Positions 52,101 through 64,000 of a stretch of DNA of 64,000 nt are shown here, in pieces. Source of the DNA: Takakia lepidozioides (taxonomy: Eukaryota; Plantae; Bryophyta); contig CM060731.1 in the NCBI GenBank assembly GCA_030704615.1, forward strand, positions 2,914,001 through 2,978,000, read 5' to 3'. A model generated the notes under the pieces. That model was not told the origin of the DNA. It saw nothing but the letters and a program-made list of their open reading frames with translations, and did not search any database. A program made the position numbers and the translations under genes. Each line of letters begins with the position of its first letter. Position 1 is the stretch's first letter.

Positions 52101-55100
52101 AGTAAGCCGAGGTGGATATGTCGTGGGTCCTCCAAGAGAAAAGGCCACATCTCTTCAATATGCCTCCATGCTTGTGAATCTTGTGGCCCGCACACCTTTC
52201 CCGAGGGGCTCCGATGCGAGGCGTGCCATCTCATGAGTTTGGCCAATTCGGGGCTTCGGTACTGTGCCCTCAATCGCGGGATGATTGGAAAGTAATGCAC
52301 TTTCTAGGATGAAATACCCCACGCCCCCCGCATGTAATCATCTCATTATCACACATAATACAACACCCTTATGTCTTTCCCTTTATGCAGCCTCTCCCTC
52401 GTTTGGGTGTGAATGGTCAAAACCGAACGTCGCTCCTTCCACTCCTCACTCACTCTTTCCAAAACCACAATCAGATCTTGCGTGAGTACTACTCTCTAAA
52501 CCCTAAACTTTGTGGAATACACTTTACATACATTGAGAAGATTAAAGAAAGTAATCTCCATGCGAGGGGGAATGACGCTTATACCTTGCGTGGTTCTTTT
52601 TTATCTTGGACATCATCCCGATATCGGTCTTTCTTGCACTTTGGGCACTTGGTGAGACGCGAATCATCTCCGTAGTATAGGGTTTTATTACATGGACATG
52701 CATGAAAAATCTTATAGCCCATCCCCACAGAATCCAAGACTTCGCGCGCCTCTTTCCGCAACCGTGGCATCTTGGGTTTCAAGTTTGGAGCAATGATATA
52801 GTCTGCAATAGTTCGCATTATGGCAGACATCCCAACATTACTTATGCCAAATTGAATTTGAAGATTGAGCAAAAGTAAGATTGTTGAAAGTCGACTCACT
52901 TTCGCCCCTTCGTACAAGGGAGTTCTCGCCTCCCTCTCCATGTCATTTGAGGGGGCCATTTCAGGATCATCGATTGGCCGGGTTCCCTCTTCATGGGATG
53001 CATCAGCGCCCACATGATGCATTAAGAGATCCTTCATGGATTGCACATCCTCCTGATTAATTCCATGCTCATTCTTGTTGTCACTGCCACTGTCACTGTC
53101 ATCGTCATCATCGTCCGATACCGTGGGGGTGGCGTCTCACCCACGGCTCTCGCCTGATGTACTTGGGTTGTTTTCGGATGGGGTGCCAAGAGAAAGGACC
53201 GGGAAAAGATGGACAAAGTCCTGATACGAACAAATGTCGAACATATTATAATGTGTCCTTGCAAACATACACTTCATTATAAGCGAAATGCAAACAACAA
53301 CCTTCAATGTGTGCGTGCATCAAATATGTCATTCAATAATTACATGTATGTGCGCAACGTACACGCATGCAAAGTTTCAATCCCAAACAAAATCATTTGC
53401 TCCCAAATGACGCATTCACCCTATCAACCAATTTTTGTTTATTAATGTGAAAGAAAATCCTCTCATGCCATTGCACCCAACAAACGGATGTGGCTCAAGC
53501 TTCATTTTTTCCTAAATGTGCTTAAATATGTGTGCAACACCTATACAAAGATCCAGAAGAAAGAAAAAAAAAAAAAACCTCCCCAACGACGCACTCACCC
53601 TTGCACCAATTTTGAATTAAATCGAATTTAAAATAAATATTTGCATTTAGAAAATATATGATTGCGGTTTTGAGGGGCGTAATTATTTTATTTTTAGCTC
53701 TATTCTGCTATGTGACATCAGGCTTTGCACCACTACATCCACGCAAAAAATGGGACAAAAAAAAATGGAAAACAAATAAGTGTGCTTCTAGGGTCACTTT
53801 TGCAGAACTCTCTATGAAGAGTGCATGAAATTGAAGATAACTCAACTTTGGAGTGCAAATGGAGAACAAAATCTGGTTATGGGTCCAAATGACTTTTGTT
53901 TACTCCCAAATTTTGCACGCACATTGCATATGCTATCATTAAGCATATGCTTGAAAAATGGAAAAAAAAAAAAATCATCTGCAGGCGAAACATAATTTTC
54001 CGTCTCTATGACACGTAGCACTTTAGAACTCGTATGATGCAAATAGTTCGCTGCCAGCCCTAATAGTCATACTAGCATATGTCATCACAAATATATGCAT
54101 CCCCTCATAGTATACTGACGTATGACCACAAAAGCTCTCATGCCCATCGCTTCGCTCGTCCCATACTACATTGGTTCTCCTAGGATGACCAAAAGAACTA
54201 TTGACCAGCCCAGCAACATTGCCGAAGATATCGGGGTCACCAGCACAAAATCTGCTCTCAATGGGAGACAACCCCCATCTACGTACATCTTGTCCGTTGA
54301 CACACAAAATGTAGGGTAGGATGTATGGGGCTTCGAGGCGTAATGTACGGAACTCCGCGGAGATGTACTATGGACCGTAGTAGGGAAACAAGTCCACCAT
54401 GTTGTTTCTCCGAGGAGGAACCACAATATCATTGACCGTGAATAAACCCTGACCCATAGTCGGGTCTGTAGCGGCTTTCACAACATACCGTCTCCCCCAA
54501 TACTCGAACTCCACATTTTCTCGGATGGGGGTGGGAGGGTCGAGATGATTCCCCCGACAACGAGGCTAGATGGTCCTTAGTAACATAGTCATATGCGCTT
54601 CCCATCGGGGGCGAGGATCCGGCTCAGGCCGCCCAAGCTGATGGGGAGGAAACATAGGGCGAAGCCGACCCCTCCTAGGGGTTCGGGGGGCACATGCACG
54701 TGGAGGTGGAGGTGGAGGTGGTACTGCTGGCGGAGGAGATGAAAGTGGAGGTGGTTGAGGATGTAATGTCGGAGGTGCAGCTGGGGGTACAACGTCCGGA
54801 TCAGGCAAAGAAACAGACGGGGGATGGGGGGGGGTGGGCCTGCTCATCGCCGGCCATAACGCCTACGACACTTACGATACCCCTCGACCCTACGCATCTC
54901 ATCTACGGGCTGCTGGGGGAACCAACTGGTCATATCGGGCACATGCTCTGGCACAAATTCTGCAAGTAGACCGACGCGAAATGCCTCTTGTGCAATGTGA
55001 TTGCGAGCTTGGGCATCAAGTCGTGGCTGCAATGTGCGTAGTGAACGACGCATCAATACTTATGTCGTAATTTTGATTCATGTATGCTTACCTATTATTA

Positions 55101-55340
55101 GATAAACCTAAATGTACCTTAAATTAATGTTAATGAGAGGGGTGGGAAAAACACTCACCTTTGCCGCATCCGCAATCTTGTTTTTCTTGTAATGTTTTTC
55201 GACAACATGTGGTCGCCACCTCGGTGGTTTGGTGCCGCCCGTGGTATCCGTTCCCAACACTTAGTGCACCAACACTCAATCCTGTCGAGGGGGGGGGGGG
55301 GCGGGGGGGGGGGGGTCAAAGGTGGACGTGGTTGGACGGG
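52100..55340 (-). pseudogene. CACTA tnpD (Tnp2/Transposase_21) N-terminal half
   Basis: ARTPLYEGAKVSRLST...GMGYKIFHACPCNKTLY...CPKCKKDRY...PRKV|MHYFPIIPRL...LMRWHA...DSQAWRHI...DPRHIHLGL. An upstream exon RIECWCTKC...RMRQR (donor 55158) joins in phase to an AAG acceptor ending at 53258. Truncated before the catalytic core. Confidence 0.88.
54023..54490 (-). pseudogene. SET-domain (lysine methyltransferase-like) coding region inside the CACTA element
   Basis: One frame reads YVVKAATDPTMGQGLFTVNDIVV...LFPYYGP*YISAEF...YILCVNG...GDPDIFGNVAGLVNSSFGHPRRTNV...IFVMTYASMTIRAGSELFASYEF. This matches SET motifs GxGL, YxG, GNxxxxNxS and IxxGxELxxxY, with one internal TAG. A Pro-rich segment lies upstream (54566-54847). 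Confidence 0.75.
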
Positions 55341-56917
55341 ATGACCCGCAAGGGGGCAACCCGCGGCGCGCCTGACTCGATCCCGGAGTGTCAACATCCT
55401 CCGCATCACCTGAAATTTGGCCCCGGTCCCTACTATGATTGTGCCCGACAGCTTGTATTGGATCAGGTGCAATGGGTGGCTCCTCGCCATGAAAAATGGT
55501 CGCTCTAGGGCCACAATCGATATGTGGTACTACCTCCCCATCCTCAAGGGAGACGGGTCGATGTTTCCTCACCATCGCATCCTAATTAACACACACCACC
55601 AACACTTTCATTTCTCAAAAACCGTTGGTAAAAAAACCTTATGCCTCAGCCTCGGGGTTTTCAAAATTGGTAACCAAAGGCGGAGCATCCCTATGGTGCT
55701 AGAGCCCAAGATAATAATCCCTTCCTCTCGTTCTATCTTTAGGATACCCACACCATGGAAAAATTTGTTGAGACCCAGCGCTTTGCGATTATCAGATTGA
55801 ACCACATTTTGGGTATGTGAATCATAATTACACCGTTTATCCTTTTAACCCTAAGACCCATAACCAAAACCGCCAATCCAAAACCCAACACCATAAAGAA
55901 AAGCAAACACCCTAACCTAGTACCATATGAAAAAAAAAATTAAATTAAATAAAAACTAAGAAACCCAAAAGGACCTAAACCCTAAACCCAGAAAGGCCGG
56001 CAATCGCCTCCTGCGACACCCTCGCGTCGCATTTGACGACGAGTTTTTTCAATCTTTTACCTGGGGGTCGCACCCCGCGACGGCAAGCCGCCGCGGGGGG
56101 CGACGTGTTTTTTTATTTATGGGGCCGAGGGTCGCAAGCAACGACGGCCGGCCGTCGCAAATATCACTTTTACATTTAAAAAAAAGGGCGGGGCGCAGGC
56201 GTGCGACGGCCGGGCGTCGTAGGTAGGCGCCGCGCTTTTTTTTTTTCCCTAAGTGCTTGAAGCATCTCTTTCCCCTCCCGTTTCGTTTGTTCTTTGGGAG
56301 AGAGGTAGTTCAGAGAGTGGGGTTTAGGGTGGAGGAGAAACGCACCTGCTGCTGAGCCCGAGGTGGTCGCAAGGCCCCAAGGAGTTTGCCCCAACGCCGC
56401 TCCAACGCCCAAGGTAAAGCACCGCCTCCTCCCTCACTTTCTGTCTTGCTTTCTTGCCCTAAGCACGGGCTGATGTCTCTCTCCTTGTGTGGTAGGAACG
56501 CCGCGCAGAGGCGCGATCTAAACGAGCTGAAGAGAGAGAGAGAGCCGCGGTGAGCAGGGGAGAGACACCCTGCTGCGGCGGGGACCCACGCTGTTGGCAG
56601 CCGCCGGGTACCCGGGGTGAAAATCCGGACCCGCACAACACTGTCGTCGATGTCGTCAATGATCATCCTGAAATCATGATCTTGAAAAAATTGAGTGTGT
56701 TGACGCACTCAGTTCTCCGGGGGGAGGGGGGGGAAAGAAAGTTTTTTTTTTTTTTTTTTTTTTTGTCTCCCCAAATTTGCCGGGTACCCGGGGTCGCACC
56801 TATCATCGATGATCATCCTGAAATCATGATCATGAAGAAATTGAGTGCGTTGACGTACTCAATTCTCCCCCGGGGGGGGGACCGAAAAAAAGTTTTTTTT
56901 TTTTTTTTTGGGCCCCC

Positions 56918-56948
<31 letters not shown>

Positions 56949-57499
56949 ACGCAGAATTGAGGTTGTCAACGCACGGGGGGGGGGGGGTGGGGCGGAAAAA
57001 AAATAAAAATAAATAAATAAATAAAAATCTTATCTGCCTAATGCCCGCTTAATTCCCAGCCCTGTTTTCCTCCACGAACATGGCAGTTCGCTAAAGTTAG
57101 GGTTAGGGTTTGAGGTTCTGATTTGCAGTGTTTCCCCGGTTTGCCGTGTTTGCCGTGTTTCTGCGGTAATGACGTCAGCTTAATTCCCAACTTGTTTTCC
57201 TTCACGAACATGGCGGTACGCTAAGGGTTAGGGTTAGGGTTTGTCGTGTTTGCTGTGTTTGTCGATTTGCCGTGTTTCCGCGGTAATGGGTGCTCATCCG
57301 CGGAAATACACCCTGCATCTTCCCCCATTCTCGTGCCACGTGGACTGGGCTCACGTCAGGCTCTTGGGCTCACAGGCTCCTGGGCTCGCGTGGCTAGGCT
57401 CACACTCTAGCATCCCCCCGTAGCAGCAGAGGTACGTCAGGGAAATTGCACTCTCCTTTTCCTCTCTGCTTCTATTTATTGTTCAAAGGTAGTCTTCTT

Positions 57500-58865
57500 G
57501 CCCTGAGTTTAAATTTCGGTCTGGTGCCAAGAGTGGGATAGACCCTTGAGCGCATCCATGATGTCCTCCCCCATGTCACAGACTGGAAACAGGTTCAGGG
57601 AAGTTTTCTTCCTAACTTTATTTTCATCGGACAATTTTCTGGTAACAGACATGGCTTTGGACACTACACTCTCCAAGTCAGGTTTATCCAGCAAGGTCAA
57701 GACTTGCGGGTCCAGATTCAGATCCTTGAGAATCTCTTCTACTCTCTTCTCCCAGGGCTTACCCTGTTTGACAGGGCGGTCCTGTTTCCAAGATATAGAG
57801 TCGATTAACTTAGGATATCTGGTGTTGGACATATGTTACAGCTGAACCCACCAACTGACCTTGAATTTATCTCGTCGGGAGTTTAAAAAAGAGCAGCACA
57901 GAAGAGAGGGAGAGAGAGGGAGAGGGAGAGAGGGACAGAGAGGGACAGAGAGAGAATGAGAGGGAGACATCAGGGGGCAACAAAGAAAAGAAAAGAAGGT
58001 GGGGGTGGGAGTGACTGAGCAACTGCTGCTGCTCAGTCACTCCCCACCCCCCCACATTTTTTTTTTTTCCTTTGTTGCCCCCTCTCTTGGGGAAACAAAA
58101 GGGACAGATCCTATCTTTGTCAGGGGCGACTTTGGTAGTAAGACTTACCTTCACATATAGAATTAATCCGGGTTTTCTAGATATTCTCTACAAATCCATT
58201 CACACAAGCATCAATCTGTTGTGTGTGAGTTGCCCAAAAACTAGGCCTCAGAAGGGGCTGGGCTTTTGGCTCAGCCTCGACTTTTTCAAAGTTAGTAAAT
58301 AGAGGTACATGCATAATTCCCTTGATAGATTTGAAGAGAGCGTCTCTTTGGTGAGAGAACCCCGGACAATATATCAGAAAATGAATAATGTCTTTAGGTT
58401 GCCCACACAACGGGCAATTACACTCTCCCGATCCTCTCTGCTTCTGTTTGCTTATCAAAGGAAGGCTTCCTGCCCCGAGTTTAAATTTCAGTCTAGTGCC
58501 GAGAGTGGGTAGACCCTTGAGGTCATCCAAGATCTCCTCCCCCATGTCATAGACTGGAAATAAGTCCAGGGAAGTTTTTTGCCTAACTTCATTTTCATCA
58601 GACAATATCATGGCAACAGGCATGGTTGGACACTACAGCCTCTAAGTCAGATTTATCCAGCAGGGTGAAGACTTGCGGTTCCAGGTCCAGGTCCTTGAGA
58701 ATCTCTTCTACTGTCTTCTGCCAGGACTTAGCTTGTTTGACAGGTTGGTGGGCGGTCCTGTTTCCAAGATATAGAGTCGATTAACTTAGGATATCTGGTG
58801 TTGGACATATGTTGCAGCTGAACCTACCATCTAACCTTGAATTTATCTCGTCGGGAGCTTAAAAG
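57500..58865 (-). mobile_element. Two tandemly duplicated 3' fragments of a non-L1 LINE (RTEX/L2-like C-terminus)
   Basis: 57500-57890 and 58090-58865 share the same junction (gttggacatatgtt.cagctgaacc...tctcgtcgggag) and encode KTSLNLF...KFKL.AGSLPL...CPLCG...HFLIYCPGFSHQR. Confidence 0.7.
57900..58086. repeat. Fold-back hairpin unit (GA-rich arm, GAGTGACTGAGCA..TGCTCAGTCACTC core)
   Basis: Near-perfect inverted repeat at about 58000-58055; a related unit occurs at 59833-60010. Confidence 0.75.
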
Positions 58866-59419
58866 AGAGCAAAACAAACAGAAAAAAAAATCTTTTTTTA
58901 CTGTTTGGGGGAGAGTCGTCATCTCTCCACAAGCCTAACCGTGCAGGGAGGACTCCGCCAGCATCACAGCACTGCTACCTTAACCAAAGCAATTCTTGCC
59001 AAGCACAAGAAAAAAGAGCTTGGTCTCAAAATGTAGGGTTTATAAAGGGAGGGAAAGAGACTTCCTTGTTCTACCAAGACGTCGCCATTCATCAAGGATC
59101 CAGAGGAGGGCTCCTAGGGAAACGTCATAAGCATGCAGGTGGTACCTCCGCCATCACTGCCGCGGTTCCCTTGTGCAGCAAAAAAACAAACAATTGAGAC
59201 AGTGAATCTTCCCTCATCTCTAAGCCACCGCCATCGCCTTAAAGAGCCCGCCTAGGTGGCGCTCACAGGAGCCCTAAACACTCAAGGATTGGTAGCTCAA
59301 GGTATCTGCAGCATGAGCACCGTCGCTCCTCCCAAGCCGCCATCGCGCGCGTTCTCGCAGCGCAAAAAGAAAGACATTAGGGTTGCGCAGGGTTTTCCCC
59401 TGTCTGGCCCGTCATTCAT

Positions 59420-60590
59420 CCTTCTCAGGATGAAAAACATCTGCCAGCCTGTACGCCCGACGGACGTTGTCCGTTTCTCATTCGCGGAAGATGAAAGACA
59501 TTGTGCGTTCATCCTGTCTTGAACTTGACGGACGCAGTCTGCATTTCATCTAGGTTAGATGAAAAACATCGGGGGTTTAAAACAACTTTTTTATACCTGT
59601 CTTGCCCCATATTTAGGTCCTATCAGATGAAGTCCTTTTTCATCCAGGTTGGATAAAAATTGACGGGAGTTTTGCAACTCATAGGTATTTAGTGAAGAAA
59701 TGTTTCACTAGGGAAAAATTTGTATTTTGGATTAAAAAAAAATCCAAAATTCCCTGCAACCCATTTTTTCAATTTTTTCAATTTTTTCAAAGATGGAAGT
59801 CGGGACAACAATTCCATAAACCCAGTTTCTAGAGGGAGAGAGAGGGAGAGAGAGGGAGAGATCAGGAAACCAAAAAAAAATTAAAAAATTAAAAAAATGG
59901 GGGGGGGAGGTGACTGAGCAGCTGTTGCTCAGCAGCTGCAGCTGCTCGGTCACTCCCCCCCCACATTTTTTTTTTCTTTGTTGCCCCCTCTCTCCCTCTG
60001 TCTCTCTCTCTATTGGGAATTGGCAGTTTGCTATCAGTGTTGACTTCTTGTTTTCTCATCCTCTATCGGCTTTTTCATCCATACCGGATGAGCCACCAGG
60101 ATGGACACTGAGTTACCGCTAGGATGGTTCTTTTGGCTTTTTCATACCTCCTTTATTGACTCTCATCCATACCGGATGAGTCTCCATGGAAGAAAAAAAT
60201 TACCTCTATGGAGGTTGCCAACAACATCCTGTTTTTTCATCCATACCGGTTGAAAAACTACCAGGATAATATTTTTTTTCATTCCTCTTTTATTGACTCT
60301 TTTATCCATACCAGATGGTCTGGTAAGGAATGATAAAATTACCTAGATGGAGGTAAGACACTGCCACGGATGATATTCCCTATTTTTCATCCTGACATAA
60401 GTGATCTGTCTATGGATGATGTGATTATGGCCTGGAATTGATCTTTACTACCCCTAATTATGATTAATTACGGTGGAAACCCTAACCCCTACCCCAAAAC
60501 CTATTTTTAACCTTGTTGCGGATGAAATCCGTCGGGGTATACGGATGCATCCTACTGTTTTTCATCCACAGATGAAAAATCGGGGGACAA
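59420..60590. repeat. GGATGA/TCATCC-rich subterminal-type repeats with CACTA-like termini and a second fold-back hairpin
   Basis: Many ggatgaaaaa / ttttcatcc / tcatccataccggatga units; ...TAGTG ends at 59694 and CACTAGGGAAAAA starts at 59706. Confidence 0.5.
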
Positions 60591-62357
60591 AAAACTCTAT
60601 GTCGTCTCTCCCGCTGTCAGAAGCACGCGATGTGCTTTTGAGCTTGCGAGGAGAGTGTTATAGCGGACGTGCTTTGGTGGCTGCCCCATTTGTGGTGTCG
60701 TACCCATGCTGGACGAGCGCCTGAGGGGGCGCGAAGGCGGCGCCTTGTCTCTCTTGCAGCGGGAAACACTGCTATGAATGCAATGGCATCTTCCCTCCTC
60801 TGGCTTTTTTTGTACTTAGCAAGGGCGCTTATGCTAGGAAGTTCTCTCCCTCCTTTCTAGTGCCTTGCGATTGTGCCTGCTTTGCTTCATTGCTTATGTG
60901 CTTTGTGGCGGCGGCTTGCTGCGGGTGGTGATGGCATATAACCCTCTTCCCCAATCGCTTAAGGTGCCTTTGGAGTTTAGGGATTCTCATGTTCTTATCT
61001 TTTTCTCTTGCTTTTGAGTTTCTTAGTTGACATCGATGACAAATGTGAGGGTTTGTGATTCACCGGGGTTCCACAATCCTCACTAACCTGTTGGTTTTTG
61101 TGGGGGCTTGTGATGGGACCAGGTGAGGATCCTCACCTACTTTGAAGTTTCTTGAGCATGCAGATTGGGATATGGGCTGAGGAGACCTATGGGTTTTGCG
61201 CTGTGAGGTGGCTGCTGCCTGCAGCCCCGATTTCAACCCGACTGCCCCTGGTTTGGCATGCTACAGCCTGCGTTTTGGCCTTTGTCGTTCTGCCGCCGAT
61301 GCGCAGCTCGGCCTGACTGGCCTGTTTCCTAAGGCTTGCATACAAACCATACCCTACCTTTTGATCTTTGACAACAAGGCCTGTGGATTATTGAGCTAGG
61401 TTGTAGGCTCTTTTGGCCGAAGAGGATCTGGTTTTTGGTGGTATGTTTTTGGCGGTTTTGGGTGTCTATGGACATGGTAGCCTTGAAGGTTATGGCGGCA
61501 GCCTGGTAGGGCACCGCCCTGCTCCTTTTTGGGCCTGCTTCTGATTTGTACTGGATCATAGTAAGGTGTTCTTTGCATGTTTTAGCATGGAACTCTTGAA
61601 GGATGAGAATGGGATCCTACCTATAGTTTTGGCTCTGTCATGACATCAGGCCTATGACCTGCAATCTGGTTTTTTATATACAAAAGAGGCTGGATCTCGG
61701 CTGTTCATGCTACTTGTTTGTACAAATCTTGAACCTGCAATTTGACAGGCTGAATTCACATTCCCTTGACACCTTGTATGATCACATGTCTCGAGGTGAA
61801 TACAAATAATATGGAATTTATTTCATCTTGCTCAAGTTGGACTGCTTGGTGGCATACTGAGATTCTGACAAATTGCAGGCTGGTCCTTATGCCTTGGCTA
61901 ATGCATGACCTGCCATAATTAATGGCTGAAAAGGTAGGTTGCTGCAACCCGTGGGTCATGTCCAAGACGTATGTGTGAAAATGTGTCTTGAAATGGTAAT
62001 AGGGCAGGCTGGACCATGGTACCCTGCCCCTTGTATAACCTCGGCACTTTTGTGCTCCTTCAATACTTGACCTGCTGGTAAGGTATGTGTACAGGCTGAA
62101 CCAAGAGGCCTTGCAGCCTGAACAGGGACACCAATATCTTATCTTGTCCCACACAAGAACAAACCCCGCCCTCCCACCCTGTTTTGTCTTGGATGATTGG
62201 GTGGTGTCTTTTGGGATGATTTGACAAGACTGGAAGTGTGAGATAGTGCCCTATTTAGGGCTGTTTATGTCTTTAATTGACAATGACCCTTATGGGTCCT
62301 GTCCATGTCTTGACATGACGTGAATATCTTCCCTCTCTCTTTTTAACTTTTTCTGCA

Positions 62358-63073
62358 GAGGGGTCGACTCTGAGGTTAAGAAAACCATGCTTTGTCGCAT
62401 TATTAGACCTGTCTTGGAGTATGGATCTGCAATATGGGTTGATAAATCTGACTTAGAGACTGTAGTGTCCAAAGCCATGTCTGTTGCCATGAGATTGTCT
62501 GATGAAAATGAAGTTAGGCAGAAAACTTCCCTGAACTTATTTCCAGTCGGTGACATGGGGGAGGACATCTTGGATGACCTCAAGGGTCTACCCACTCTCG
62601 GCACTAGGCTGAAATTTAAACTCAGGGCAGGAAGCCTACCTTTGAACAACAAACAGAAGCAGAGAGGAAAGGGAGAGTGCAATTGCCCGTTATGTGGGCA
62701 ATCTGAAGACAATACTCATTTTATGATACACTGTCCGGGGTTCTCTCACCAAAGAGACGCTCTCTTCAAATCTATCAAGGGAATTGTGCCTATACCTCTG
62801 TTTACCAACTTTGAAAGTCTCAAGGCTGAGCCAAAAGCCCAGGCCCTCCTGAGGCCTAGTTATTGGGCAAATCACACACAGCAGATTGATGCTTGTGTGA
62901 AGGGATTTCTAGAGGATATCTGGAAAACCCAGATTAATTCTATATATGAAGGTAAGTCTTACTACCAACGTCAGCCCTTGACAGAGGCAGGTTCTGTCCC
63001 TTTTGTTTCCGCTCAAACTGGGCGCCGGGACAATGGCCACCAGGCTACGACAAACAACGTCTTATGAGTACAA
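62358..63073 (+). mobile_element. Short LINE-derived insertion (RTEX/L2-like) with a 20-bp TSD
   Basis: Identical tctttttaactttttctgca at 62338-62357 and 63074-63093. ORF 62387-63067 has the RT-thumb motif LCRIIRPVLEYGSAIW joined to a C-terminal CPLCGQSEDNTHFMIHC zinc finger. Confidence 0.85.
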
Positions 63074-64000
63074 TCTTTTTAACTTTTTCTGCACCCTCTC
63101 TCCCTTGTGGTTTGTTTATTTTTGTGAGCAGCAAAAAAAAAAAGGAAGATACTTTTTGTCATGTCAAGACAAAGACAGGACCCCTAGGGTCATTGTCATT
63201 AAAGAATAAATAGACATATCAGCCACTTAATAGTGGCACCATCCATCAATCATCAAGCTTAGAAAATCCAGAATTGCATCCATGCATAGTAATGTGTTCA
63301 TGTCAGTATTATTCATAATCCATAGAGTATGCCACTAATGCTGATTGACCACCAGTCAAGATCATGATACACTTACAGAGGTCTGGGTGGGATGGCGGGT
63401 ACTTGACCATGTTTTGGCCTTGATGTGGTGCAGGTCTTATAGTCGTACAAATTTACTGTCTGCAAGCTGTAATCCAAGCATACTTACTAAAACCCCATGG
63501 GTGTCATGGAGGGTTTTCTTAAAAAAGAAAGGAACACTTGGATATCACATATTTAAATACCTTGCCTTGCCAGTATTTGTTTAGACTGGTGTGCAGTACA
63601 GCTTGCCCCCACAGGGGATGTGGATATGTCTGGTAAGTTTTCCAGAACACCCCTATACCTTTATTTCTTGCTACAGCTGAAAATCAAAGCTCATGACACA
63701 ACAAGGTAAATATAAATGACTGCATACACATCCTGTGACAGTATATGATACTGTCAGTACACACTTCACATCATTCCACATTTGACCATTTCATTACATC
63801 ATGTCTAGGGGGTATTTCCACTTGACCACCCTGGCTGCCTCAAAAACCAGTTACCATTTATATTACTGCCATATTTCAGTGTCAGCCGAATAGCCACAGG
63901 CAAAAACTTCACCATACCCTGGCCTAAGCATCTAGCTAACAAAGCCATTTGGGTTGGAACATAACAGGGGCCTTTTACCAACAGAGGTACCCGAGTAGCT

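Larger units (their letters stand above)
42659..56255 (-). mobile_element. CACTA (En/Spm) element, internally deleted and interrupted by a Ty3 element
   Basis: Left end CACTATAGGAAAAA; right end ...TTTTTCCCTAAGTG (reverse complement CACTTAGGGAAAAA). Both ends have dense TGCGAC/GTCGCA subterminal repeats (42680-43400 and 56000-56230), and tnpD/tnpA fragments lie inside. The flanking 3-mers differ (caa vs ctt). Confidence 0.8.

Noticed and set aside
57096-57242. Interstitial telomere (TTAGGG)n
   Set aside because: Only 2-3 units inside a ~130 bp local duplication; better read as telo-box-like motifs.

Overview
Eukaryotic land-plant genomic DNA with spliced GT-AG genes. The element content resembles seed-free plants, but the species cannot be fixed from sequence. 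Bases 1-21 kb hold three minus-strand genes: a chloroplast rhodanese STR14-like gene (last exon outside the window), a YODA-like MAPKKK and a Ran GTPase. Bases 21-64 kb are a nested transposon island with an L1 remnant, a stearoyl-ACP desaturase fragment, two Ty3/gypsy remnants, a CACTA element and RTEX/L2-like LINE ends. The main finding is an 11.3 kb Mutator-like element (29392-40718) bounded by a perfect 10-bp TSD and imperfect TIRs. It encodes a GCM-like zinc finger/DDE/SWIM transposase and, divergently, a spliced gene for a ParB/Srx-like domain fused to a beta-class (N4-C/N6-A) DNA-methyltransferase-like domain. Two introns of that gene carry about 11 copies of a 22-bp palindrome, TGAATGTCGT-CA-ACGACATTCA, which looks like an array of parS-like binding sites. 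The neighbouring CACTA element also carries a SET-domain gene inside a predicted tnpD intron. All domain calls come from motif recognition by eye, not database searches, and the element genes carry frameshifts or stops.
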